Below, one piece after another: positions 1-12,600 of a DNA stretch of 64,000 nucleotides. Each line of letters begins with the position of its first letter. Position 1 is the first letter of the stretch. Source of the DNA: Paraspadella gotoi (lineage: Eukaryota > Animalia > Chaetognatha); the NCBI GenBank assembly GCA_051294375.1, contig JBJCIZ010000744.1, positions 1,602,262-1,666,261 of the forward strand, given 5' to 3'. The translations under genes were made by a program, and so were the position numbers. The notes beneath the pieces are model-generated. The model was given only the letters and a program-made list of their open reading frames with translations, ran no database searches and was not told the origin of the DNA.

Positions 1-669
1 ACTTTCCCAGTTTTTTTTTTTAACTGCTTTTCATTCCCCCTTTTTACAGTTTCTTTTATCCTTGGAATGAATTTTTAGCCCCGATCTCTTATTATAAAAA
101 AACAATTTCCTCTTGGTTAAATTATTATTTTATAGTAAAGGTTTCGTTCTCACATTTTGTCTCGATATATATATGGCTGGTCCATCAATTCCTTTTTTTT
201 TTATTTGTCGCGATAAAAGTAACTTAAGTACGACGTAGTTGATTATCCAAAAAGTCTCGATCAAGCTATTAGCTTACAAAAGATAAACCTTTATAAATTA
301 TCTTTATTGTTGATTGAGAAGAAGGTCCATTTCCCGCGGTGATTGGCTGTGTGCATTGTGCATTGTGCAGATTAAAGTTTTCCTATTTTCCTCTTCCAGC
401 ACGTTTTCACTCATTGGACCTGGAGTCTCTTTTCAGACGTCGTCGAGATTTTCAAACCTTACGAACTCAAAGGCGTGACATCGTCTCCCTTTCTCTCTCG
501 CTTCAACTCTGCTACTAACAAATGTTTATTTTTACATTTAATATTACTGAAAACAAATTTCCCCCTTTTTTTTCAGAGCCAGATATAGTAAAGATAAACA
601 TTTTATTGGTCAAATCAAACTCTAAGAGACGGTTGAACGACAACGGATAAAACGACGACAGCGACGACA

Positions 670-3600
670 ATGTCGGAGAAGACGACGACGCAATTGGCGA
701 TCGTGGCCGAGACGACGATCCCCTTCACAGCCTTTCGATGTCGTTGGGTTCCCTCTTCGGCCAGGTGGAGAAAGAGTTGGTGGGAGGGAAGGGGATGGAT
801 GAAATCCGCGCTACCAATAATAAAATTAATCAATTCGTTTAAATAAATAAGGTATCTAGCCAATGACTTTTGGACAGGCTATGGTCGTTTACTGCCTCCA
901 ATCACGCTTAAAAGATAATAACGTAGCAGGACCCCCACAAGCTTTCAATTAAGACTCTCTCTCTCAGTCTTCCCTATTTCTATTGTATTGGAAGCTCTTT
1001 CGGGGCGAGCCGGGATTGCAACGATCAATTGGTAGGGAGAAATAAAGAGGCTGTTATGGCAACGGAGGGACATGTGTGATACCTGGGTTGTGAGGCATCT
1101 CCCGACAGCTGGCGCTCAGGGCTTTGGACCTGCAGTGACCCCACCCCATGTCACTGGCGTGTTTATGCCGACACCATCACGCTTTAACCAGCGTGACCGT
1201 GAGGGGATTGAACCCGGAACTCACGGTTGGTGAACGAGTTTCACACTGTCGCGAAAAGGGGGAAGTTGGAATACACTGCCGCACAAAAAAAAGCGACTGG
1301 TTAGCTCTTAATACACCTTTATTTTTTTTTTCAATTAAAAAAAATATATAAGAGAACTATAGCTCTTTTATAGAGCTATAGATTGGCGGAATAAAAATTA
1401 AAATTAGCAACACAGGAAACGCTTGGTCTCGTTTGACTTTTCTGCCTTTTCTTCTTTTTTCAGAAAAGGCAGAAAAGCCAAAGGAGACAAACCTGCGTTG
1501 TTAGTTTAGCAAAACTTTAAAGTCAGAATGTCAAAACCGAACCTGAGGAAAAAAACTATTTCCATGGGTTAACAAGGTAATGCTTTCGAGTCGTCTTTCG
1601 TTTCTTCCAACCCCCCCCCAAAAAAAAAAAATTCTACAAAGAATGTGATTGTGGTTGTATTTTCGTTTTTTCCTCTTCCAAAAGTAGTTTTATATGGCGG
1701 AGTCGCAGACATGAGTTTTGGTAGTCCCATTTGAGAAACGGACCAGAATGATTAATTTTCGAATACACGTATGTTGCACTGGAATGGGTTGGAAATGGTT
1801 TTCGTAATTAATCGAGAAAACATTTTAAATTAAGTAACTCGTCTTTAATTTCAACGTGACTGGAACTCTACGCACTTCTATTTCTCGCTGGAAGTTCCCC
1901 CCCCCCATGTTATTTTAAAATTGCTATTTTGTTAGTATTTCCACATCCATTATCGTGATTTTATTACAATAATTAAATCTGTTCGAATTTTTAACGATTT
2001 AAAATCATTCGTCTTTTTTTTTTTTTTTTTTCCATAAATGTTTGATTTTCATTTTCAAGAGTCTTTTTCTTTTTGGTTGAATGTTGAAACGCACTGTTTT
2101 TAAATCTCAATGATGGCGTCCGGTGCAGTTCGAAGAGTCTTCAACCAAACCGTCAAACTTCATATGGAAATGACGACTCAGTTGGAGCTCAAGGTGAGTG
2201 GAAGGGTGTGGGGTAGGAGGGAGGAAGAGCGGTGGGGCGGGGCGGGAGAAAGATTGGGACGAAGAGAACGTGGAGGGGTATGTTTGTTAAAGGGCAAACT
2301 TTGTGTCACGAGCCGATGACCAGTTGCAGACCAAAGTGGCAGCGTCGAAAGTCTCCGCGTTGCTTGCGTCCCACGGTACGTCAACAGTTTCACTAGAGAG
2401 AGAGAGGGATTGGGAGGAAGGTCGGGCAAATGAAGATTGAGGTTTATCTGGGAGGGAACTTGAAGAGAAGAAAGTTACTGGCCCAATTGCATAAGGCGTT
2501 CGTCGGGTGATGACACAATAACATATAATTGACAGACAACATTATCATTTCATTGTAAATAAATGACATGAATTAAGATAAAAGAGTTGAGCGAGAGGAG
2601 AGAAATTTTGAAGAAAATCGTGGGTTGGAATTTGAGTGTGCAAAATGTTTATTAAATGTTTATTAAAAATGTTTATTAAAAATGTTATTAAAAATGTTTA
2701 TTAAAAAAATAAGGGACGGAATAAGAGTTGCGAGAGAGAAGAGTGAAGTCAGAAGTGTTGGGTAGGAGAAAGTAGAGAGAAAGAGTGAAGTCAAAAGAGT
2801 GTTGTTGAGTGTTGGACAGAAGTGTTGAATAGGAGAGAGTTCACTTTATCCCCTCCCCCCTTTTCCACCCCTACCTTTTCCACCCTTTCTCCTCATTACC
2901 CCTCTCCCACCTCCTCCCCCTTTTCCCCCCCCCTTCCTTCCCCCCTTCCTTCCCCCCCCCATCCCCGATCAGCGAGTTGATCTAAAACCGGTGAAGCAAA
3001 TCCTCGTCGCCTACGATCCGTGGAAATCGGATTGCGCTTCGGCTCAAACAGTTTTTTTTACAACATCAGCCTCGACGAAGGTGATTACTTCATTCATGAG
3101 TTTATTATTACTGTTATTACTATTTTTTTATTTTATTATTTATTTTTTTAAATTATTAATTATTAAAGACAAACTGTAAAACGCTGATGAAGGCTTGAAA
3201 AACAAGTCGAAACATGTCTGTTTTTATATAAATAAAATTCGTTGCAAACCCAAAAACTTTGTCAATCTCTAAAGATTAAGATAATGGAAGGACCAATCCT
3301 GTTAATATAGGTTCAAGTGGATATTTAACTAGCGACTTACTTAATGGTTTGAAGGTTACTTGGCTGGCTTCTTGGTAAGACTAATGAACGAGAGTTAGGC
3401 TTGCAATGTATTCAAGTATAGATCTGTGAGCTAGCAAGGGCATAGTGGTCCAAACTACTCCATCCCACTCTCTTTTTCTCTTTCTCCCTCTCTCTCCCAA
3501 GTCCGCGAAACGAACCCGGCGGCGAGCATCCGCACCGAGGTCAAATCCGACCAATCGGACCCGACGGTCCGCGTCACCTTCAACGACGGCGCCATCGTTA

Positions 3601-6600
3601 CTTACCAGACGCGACTCTTGGGTCTCCACGATATCCTCTATCATCTCAACGCCACCATCCACGCGAAGAAGAGTGGCGACGCCGCCCGAGAGCCGACTGC
3701 CGGGAAATGAGAGATCGAGAGAGAGAGAGAAATGTGGGAATTGAGTCTGAATTAATGCTCCTTTGAAGTCGTCGTCTAGTTGTTGCCTTCGTCGTTGTTT
3801 TCTTTGTTGTCGTCGTTGCCGTCGTCGTATCTATCGTTGTCGTCGTCGTCGTTTTCTTCCTCTTGTTCGTCGTCTGCTTCGTTGTCGTCTGCTTCGTTGT
3901 CGTCGTCTGCTTCATTGTTATCATCTCACTTGTTGTCGTCTGCTTTGTTATCGTCTACGTCGTTGTCGTCTGCTTTGTTATCGTCTACGTCGTTGTCGTC
4001 TGCTTCGTTGTCATCGTCTGCTTCGTTGTCGTCGTCTGCTTCGTTATCATTTTTCCTCTTCTCCAAATTTGGTATTTTCCTGATCACACAAACGTGAATA
4101 GAATAGAATAATTGATTTAAGTTTATTATTATTGTTTTGCCGAGATCGTTACTTATGTTGAAAGTCTATTATCAATCTGATTCTTGATGTGCTTTCACAT
4201 CATGATCCTTGAGTAAGATTTTCGGGCTTTAGAAATATATATATATATATCTGTTATTAATATTATTTAACCGTTTTGATAATTGATAATTTGACAATTT
4301 TTTTTGACATCCAGATTTTCTAATTTTAGATTTTGCTATGCCGAGTCGGCTCAAGCGTTTCTCTCCAAATTCGATGTCTCAATATTATTAACATATTGCG
4401 TCTCAAGTTTCACTGCGCTGAAATGGTGGATGTTAAAAAGAATTTTCCGTTAATTGAAATTTTATCAATTTTATTTATATATGACTTGTAAATTTCGATT
4501 AGTCACTCGAGAAAGTCGTCCTTGGAGTGAAAAGATTATTGGTTTTCTCAAACGGTCGCTTAGGTTTTAGGAAAAACTGTTGCAGCTTTATTTAAAGGAA
4601 AAGAAAAGAGTCGCTAAAATCTTATTTTGTCCTAACCTTTTGGTTGAATTCTCAAAACACAGAAGTAATGTCGTTTAAAATGACACGGAGAACTTCATAA
4701 AAAAAAAAAACTCTACTAAATGCCAGCCTGATATTGTCATCAGATAATGCGATACTGACATCAAATGCTTTACCAGCTTTCCAAGCTTTCAAACCTCTGC
4801 AAAGCATAAACGTCTTTTAAAACTCCTTACCCACTCCAATCACCTCTCGCCGCAACCATGTCGGGCCAATGCCGCTCCTGCGCCCGCTCCTTCGGCTTCT
4901 TCAACAAAGAACGCGGCTGCAGCAACTGCGGCTTCTCCTTTTGCGGCAAATGCTGCGAGAAGAAGACGTTCGTCCCGAAACGCGGATCCCGTGGAATCGT
5001 TTGCGACGGATGCTCGGCCTCATTGTCTCAACATCCGAAGAGCGAGTCGAAGATCGGAGAGAGGATTTCTCCGCCTAAGAATCTGTTGAAAAGAGAGAAT
5101 GAGTTGACTCGACCCGTGGGGGCTGCGGCGCCGGCGCCTGCGGCAGAAGCTAACGTCAGTCGCGCGACGCCGCGTCGCGACGAGTGGACGAAAGGTTTGG
5201 GACCGGAAGACCTAGAACTCAAACGTCGACTGGAGAGACTGAAAGAGTCGAAACCGACGGGCGCCTCCGGAACGACGGCGCCGCCGGGGCCGGCCGAGCG
5301 CGAAGATCCTCGGCGTCATCTTCCGCCGGCGGAGACGCGCAGTAGAGCGGAGCAGGCGGACGAGCTGCTGCGGCGGGCGAAGGACGAGGCGGAGATCGAC
5401 GCGAAGAGAATCGATCCGGTTGAAGACGTTGAGCGGAGATTGAGGCGGTTGAGAGGGGAAGACGCTGCAGTGCCGGGACCAGGAGCTGCGGAGGTGGAAC
5501 CGTCGCCGGAAGACGTTTTGAAGAAACTCGCCGACGCCGAGAGCGGAAAGGCCGTCGCCAGAAATGAAGATGAAGATTTCTCGGAAATGAGTCGGACGAT
5601 GGCGTCGAAGGCGGAAGAGGAGGAGGAGGAGGCGAAGAAGAGCGTGAAAGAGATGAAGGGAGACGAGGAGGTGAAGAAGTTGATGGAGGAAGCGAGAAGG
5701 ATGAGGAAGAAGGAGGAGGAGGAGGAGGAAGAAGACGAGGAGAAAGAGGCGGACGATATCGTGGATCGAGTTTTGGCCGAATTGAAACTTGAAGAGAATT
5801 TGGAGGAGCTGGAAGAGCCGGGTGGCGGCGGCGGCAGCGGCAGCGGCGGCGGCGTGGATTTCGTGAATCCTTTTCGAAAGACGCAGCGTCAAGTGGCGCG
5901 GGTGGCGGCGATGGAGGACGAAGAGGCAGAGGAGTTGCCTTGGTAAGTTAAAAAGGAAATGGGTGGGAATGGAATTATGGTTGGGTTGGGTTATTGAAGT
6001 CGACGGAATTCCACATCCCTGCCGTTTCCTCTTTTCGCTCAACATTCCTCATCCGTCTCTCTTTCTCTCTTTCTCGTTCCTTTTATTTTCATTTTTTACT
6101 ATCCTTCTTTCTCCCGTTTTTTATTGCCTTTTTAATACCTTCTCCCTCTTCCTTTTACTTTCTTTTCTCCCTTCCTAACTCTCTTCCCACTAACTTACCC
6201 TCTCCATTTTCCTCACACAACCCAAGGTGCGTGATCTGCAACGAGGACGCCCGCCTTCGCTGCCCCGACTGCGACGACGACCTCTACTGCGCTCGATGCT
6301 TCCGTGAATGTCACTCGGACGATCCTCATTCGCCCGTCGAGTTTAGAAGAGGAAGATAACCCCTTTCCCACTACCCCCCCCCCCCCGCCTTTGCTTTTTA
6401 CCCGTAGTAAAAGACGTGGACCTTAATAATGGGGTTATTATTAAGGACTGTTTACATGTTTCTTTTCTGTCACCGAGTATTTATAGATGTTACAATGCGA
6501 AATACTAAAAATTGCCGAATTTAGTCACAAAGGGCCTTTTTCCATCGTCAACCCTATTTGCTCGTATTCCCCACCCCACCCGGTCTTCCCATTATTGACA

Positions 6601-9600
6601 AAGTGATACTTTTCACAATGATTTTTTTAAATTTTTCATTTTGGAAAAAAAAATGAATTTTTTAATCGTTTTCGCGGTTTTTTCGATTTTATTTAGTGAA
6701 GATAAGATAAGTGAATTCACGGGTGGAATTTTGTGATGGAAACCGACGCGGACGGATTCGTGAAAGTGAAAAAATCGAGATCGAAAAATCGAGGAAAAAT
6801 AATTCACCGTCAGATCGAGATTCACGACGACGACGACGACCCGATCGATCCTTTCTTCGACTCTAAACTTCTCTCCTCTTCTCTCTCTCTCTCCACGGGT
6901 CCGCTCGCCAGCTGCGTCTTCTCTCTTCTCTCTCTCTTCCCTTTTCGCCGCCTCGTCTGCTACGGCGTCGGCCGCGTCTCCCGCTGCCGCATCGCGCGGA
7001 CTCAACTCGCTCTCTTCCTCTTGATGAAGGATCGAGCCCGAATTCCTGCGCTACTCTACGATCCGGCGCTGTCCGCCGCGGAAGCGGAGGCCGTTCGGCG
7101 ACGCGGCGTCGACGTGCTCGAGACGAACGAAGAGTGTCGACGTAACGTGGCCGGAGAGACGACGCTCTTCTTCATGCCGCACTGCGATCGGCCCATGTAC
7201 GAGAATCTCCTCTGGGCCAATTGGAATCCCGAGGATCTCCAGCGGGTCGTCGTTCTCGGCAACGCCTTTGGCCGAGTTTTGGAGCGGACGCCGGGAACGG
7301 TGCTGGAAGAAGAGACGCCGCTTTTGGCCAAATCGGCGCGGGTGTTGGAGGAGGCTCCGTTAGAGGCGGATCCCGGCGTCGACGACGACGTCTTCAACGA
7401 TTGCGGCGTCGTCTTCTTTCCCGCGGAAAAGATCAAATCTGTGGAGGCGGAGTTTTGGCGGCGACGAGATTGGACGCCGGATTGTACGCCAAAGGAGTTG
7501 AGGGGAGGAACGGTTTCTGGGTGATAAAAAGGGAGAGAGAGATAGAGAGCGAGACGTAGACAAGAATAGAGATAGAGACCCGCGCTGCGAAACTTTTGAT
7601 TTCTTTGACGGGGTTCATCGATTTCCAAGAAAATGTCCGTCGTCACTCTGCAATTGGGTCAATGCGGAAACCAGATGGGGTTTCATCTCTTCGACAGCTT
7701 GGCTGGATCTGCTGGACCTGCTGGGGCTGAAGGAGAATCCGCCCCCAAAATTCCGGTGAAAATCCGTGAAAATTTCCGCGAGGAAATCGTGGAGAAATTT
7801 TTTCACGAGAGGGAGAATTCGCCTTTGATGGCCCGCGCGGTTTTGATCGATATGGAGACAAAGGTTGGTTAAATGTTAATTTGTTAATTATTGTTGTTGA
7901 ATGATGAAAAAATTATTTATTGAACCTTTTTTCTTTTTTGAAACTTTCATTTGCATGTTGCAGTTGTTACTCTCTCTCTCTCTCTCTCTCCCTCCCTCCC
8001 TTATAAGGTAATCGACGGGATACTCGAAGAATCCCGTCGTCGCCTCTCCGCCTCCAACTGGCGCTTCGACCCTTCCTCTCGCTTCTCCCGCAAGACCGGC
8101 TCCGGCAACAACTGGGCCAACGGGTTCGCCCACTTCGGCGCCGCCTGTCGCGACCAAATCGAAGAGCTCGTCCGAAGAGAGACGGAAATCTGCGATCGAC
8201 TCGACGGATTCCTGTTGCTGATGTCGCTGGCCGGCGGGACAGGGTCGGGACTCGGCGCCGCCGTCGCCGCGACTCTGCGGGACAGTTTCAGCGGCGGCGG
8301 CGGCCGCGAAAAGACCTCCGTCTGTCAGGCGGTCTGGCCGCACTCGGCCGGAGAGGTGCTGTTGCAGAATTACAACACGTTGCTGTCGGTCGCTCATTTG
8401 CATCAGGTCTGTGCAGAAGGGGGTGGACTGATAAAGGAATCGGGAGTGTGATTAATCATTAAAGCACGTTAATCCCAAACTATTTGAACGATGAATCAAT
8501 AACTTTCGTCAATTTCTTGATTCATGAATCCCGTCCTCGAATTTGTTATAAATTGAGGATTATTCTACATTTGAAATAAAAGAAATTAATATTTAACCAA
8601 TAACCATTTATTGATAGATTATTAATGCGCCCTTTACCATCAATCAGTCCTCCGACGCCGTCACCCTCCACTTCAACGACACTCTCCAACACGTCTGCAA
8701 GAATCGTCTTCGTCTTCAACGCGTCGACTTCTCCGACATGAACGGCCTCATCGCTCACCAGTTATCCTCCGTCCTCGCTCCCTCTTGGCGGCTGCCCGAC
8801 ACCGACGGTCGCCCGACCAACCGCTTGACCGACCTGGTCTCATCCCTGACTCCACATCCGGGTCACCGTCTCCTCCGTGTCTTCTCCGTCCCAATCATGT
8901 CTCCCGACTGTCTGGACTTTTCCCGCGACCGTTGGTCCGTCCTGACGCGGCGACTGCGGCGAATGCTGCTGGCCGACTCGGCCGTCGACGAAGGGTTGGA
9001 CCGTGGCTTCGAAGAGCGGGCGGAGATTCGCTCGGTGGCCAATTTGTTGCATCTTCGTGGAGACGGTCTCGACGAAAGGTTGGGCGGAGTTGGAAGAGGA
9101 AGAGGAGACTCTTCCGAGCCTCCGGACCTTAACTCTTTACGCGACTCGAACATCTACGCCTCGTGGACGCCCGCGGAGGATCGCCTGACGGCCTTCGCTT
9201 CCCCGATGAGGCACGGGGGCTACGAGAAGAGCGCCACGCTGGTCTCCAACTCTAGCGGAGTCTGGCGTCCGCTCGACGGCCTCGTGGAGAAGGCTTGGAG
9301 GATGTTCGGAGTTCGAGCTTATCTTCATCAGTACGAAGCCTTTGGGTTCGAACGGGAGGATTTTTTGGACTCATTCGCCGCCGTCGAACAGATTGTGGGG
9401 AATTATAAGAGTTTGTGAAGGTTGTGGTTGTGGTCCCTAATTTCAAATAGCTATCTAAGACTAAGTTTATTATGAAACGATTGTCCAAATTCAAAATTTT
9501 TACAAACTCTGCTTTGAAAATTTTCTTTTTTTTTTATCCGTTTAGTCAAGATAAATTCGTAGCATAGAAAGATGTGTATGTAAAGAGCCAGTCGACGTCT

Positions 9601-12600
9601 ATAATAAGATTAATAAATTTATAATAAAAGATAAATTCGTCTCGTTAGACAAGGAACTCTACGATATGCAAATGGTTTTCTTAGAGGATCAACTCTTTAC
9701 TAAAGAGATCACATGCGTTTAGCTTCACATGCGTTTAGCTTCTTGCCTTATACTGACCCATTGTTTTATTTATGTTTTAGTGTATTTTTAAAACATGTTC
9801 TTCGTCTTTTAAAAAAAACCTCAACTTCTACCACAACTCTCCGAACTATGGCCTCCACCGCCGTCGTGGTCGGCGTCTCCCTCGCCGCCGTCGGACTCGC
9901 CGGTCGCGCGCTCTCTCGTCGTCTCCCGGAACTAGAGAAGAACCTCTCCCTACACGCCAAGCGCCTCGCCGAGAGCGCTCCTTCAAAATACTATCGCGGC
10001 GGTTTCGAGCCTCAAATGTCTCGTCGAGAGGCCAGCCTCGTTTTGGGCATCAGTCCGTCGGCCAGCGAGAGGAAGATCAAAGAGGCGCATCGGAGGATCA
10101 TGTTGGCCAATCATCCCGACAAGGGAGGTTCGCCTTATTTGGCCACTAAGATCAACGAGGCCAAAGATAAACTCGAAGCCGGGCGGAGTTGAAAGAATGG
10201 GTTAATATGTTCATTGGAGGATCGCTTCAGTCTGGTCAGGCCCGTCAGGGAGAGAGACGACGTTATTCTCTCTTCCAAGAGGTCAATCACGATGTGGTAC
10301 ATAGTTAATGTTAATTGTTATATCTATGAAAGTTATCTCTGTAAATCGAGTAATGAAAGGATATTTAAATCCATTTATTTTAATTGCTTTGCTTTACTCT
10401 GTGAAAAAAAAGCTCGTTCGAATGGGACTACTTAAAATAGCTCATGTACTGCGACATCCGAATTTTTTTTAACAAAATGTACAATTGTTGTCCCTTTTCA
10501 TTGTTTTCTCATAACCAAAAAATCTATTTAATATACTGAGTCATGATAGTTTCAGTTTTCAGTTTTATCATAATGGAATACTTTAACGAGAGTCCCGGAG
10601 TCTGGGAGAATTTCTAATCCGTTTTTGCGATTGGATGAGAGAAAAAAAAACTATTTGGGTTGAAACTCTTTTACTCCAATCAAAGATTCAAGCCTCTTAC
10701 TTTTAATGATCTTCATGAGGGAAATGATTCCTGTCACCGCAGAATTGTCGTATTTCAAGGTTGTTACTTGGTTATATAGAATTTATATCAAACATTTTAA
10801 TTTAAAGGGGAATTAAAAAGTAGTGACCATTGGTATATATTCCATCAACGGACAGTGTCCGACGGTTTCCTCGTGTATCCAACTAATAAATTTTTGAATC
10901 TTAACCTCGACGAATCTAATTTCAATTGAATCCTCAAATTCCATTCTTCCATTTTTTTTTCCCTCAAAGATTCGTCGCCGTCGGCGCCGCTCCATCCGGT
11001 TCCGGATCTCTCGGCGTCTTTTCTCTCTCTTCCGGCGCCGTGGATACGGTATCGACGACGACGACTACGACGCCGTTGAGATGCTGCAGTTTCGGGGCGA
11101 CGCCGCTGACGGAGCGTCGGTTGGCCACCGGTGAGGAGGGGAATAAAGGCTTTCTCCAAATATGTTAATCGTCATCATTAAATACTTTATTTTTTTTAAT
11201 AATACGTAATATTCTCTCTTTTCCTCCAGGCGACTTTTCCGGAACCCTTCAACTCTGGGATTTGGAATCCCTCAACTCTCCCGTCAAATCGATGAAGGCG
11301 CACGAAGACGTCGTCAACAGCGTCGATGGCGTAGGAGGAGGAGGATCATCGAGACGGTTGGTCACCGGTAAGTACAGTCAGGTTGAGTTAATCTCATTTG
11401 CATATTGTCGTCTTTGAATTTGTGTGGATAAATATCTATTCATTTACCTTAAAGGCTTAATATTGTTATTTCCTCTCGGCAAATTATTGTTTGTATTAAG
11501 TTCACTTATCAGTAATCCAATTGAAGCTCTAAATATCATAAACTCCTCATACCATATCAACTTATTACACTTGTCGTTTCTGCCCAATCTTCTCTCTTCA
11601 ATTCGTCACCCCAGGTAGTCGCGACGGTCGAGTTAAACTCTGGGATCCTCGCCTCAGTTCGTCGTCGACGTCAGCGGCGATCGTCGTCTCGGCGTCAGAA
11701 GGAAGCGGACGAGATTGTTGGAGCGTCGCTTTCGGAGATGGAGGCGACGTCGTTGCCGCCGGGTGGGTGAAAGAAAAAGGGAGGGCTGAGGGCCGAAGTT
11801 GTGGGTGAGGTCAGAGAGAAACTGCCCAGCGGCGATATAAATATTCTATGGCAACAGCCGGGTTGCCTGTGATGCCCATTGGGATGGGGCATCTCACTGT
11901 TGGCTTTGGGGGCTTCCGACCCTCAGTGACGCCTCCAGTCACTGGCGCGGTTACCCTAGGACGGTCTCGCTTTGCCAACGCAGAGGGAAGTCATTAGGAC
12001 TGTGGATGGAACACTACGCCTGGGATGGTGTGTTCCCCCTCTGAGCCAATGGATTTGGCTGACGGATGGTGGACGTGAGGCGGTGTGAATATACCGCCAC
12101 AATTCCTTTATTTTTTTTTCGGTATCTGTATTGTTATTTGTATTTATATTTTTGTAAATTGTTTTATTTATTAAATATATTTATTTATATTATTTAACTT
12201 TATTAAATATATTTATTTATATTATTTAACTTTGCAGTTACGACAACGGAGACGTAAAGATCTACGATCTTCGATCCGTCGCCGTCGCGTGGGAAACAAA
12301 TATTCAATCCGGAGTTTGTTCTTTGGGTATTAAAATAATTTTACTATGAATTAAACACGTTGAGATTGGTTAATGGTTATACAGATATATAAATGATTGT
12401 GGGTCCAAGGCCTTCTTCCGTCTCGCAAGATAATAACCGCAAGATAATAACCAGTCACTGCAAGCTTTCTCAATTAATTTCCTTTTGTTCTTTTAAGTCT
12501 TCTTTTTACTTTTATTAGGTTTGTCTCATTTATGCTATACTAAAATCCACCAACCGTTCATCAGCGGCCATTGGTTCAGGAGGCTAGTCATTGGCTTCCC

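Noticed and set aside
615-863. 82-aa minus-strand ORF
   Set aside because: Antisense shadow of WDR92 exon 1 plus repeat sequence; no recognisable protein.
3646-4111. Overlapping Arg/Cys-, Ser-, Val- and Thr-rich ORFs
   Set aside because: Open frames arise from a stop-free minisatellite.
5212-9153. Long minus-strand ORFs (277, 196, 171 aa and others)
   Set aside because: Antisense shadows of GC-rich plus-strand coding exons.
10630-10910. Local candidate for WDR92 exon 1
   Set aside because: AT-rich with no ATG-to-donor exon in the required phase and only vague similarity; 670-764 fits much better.
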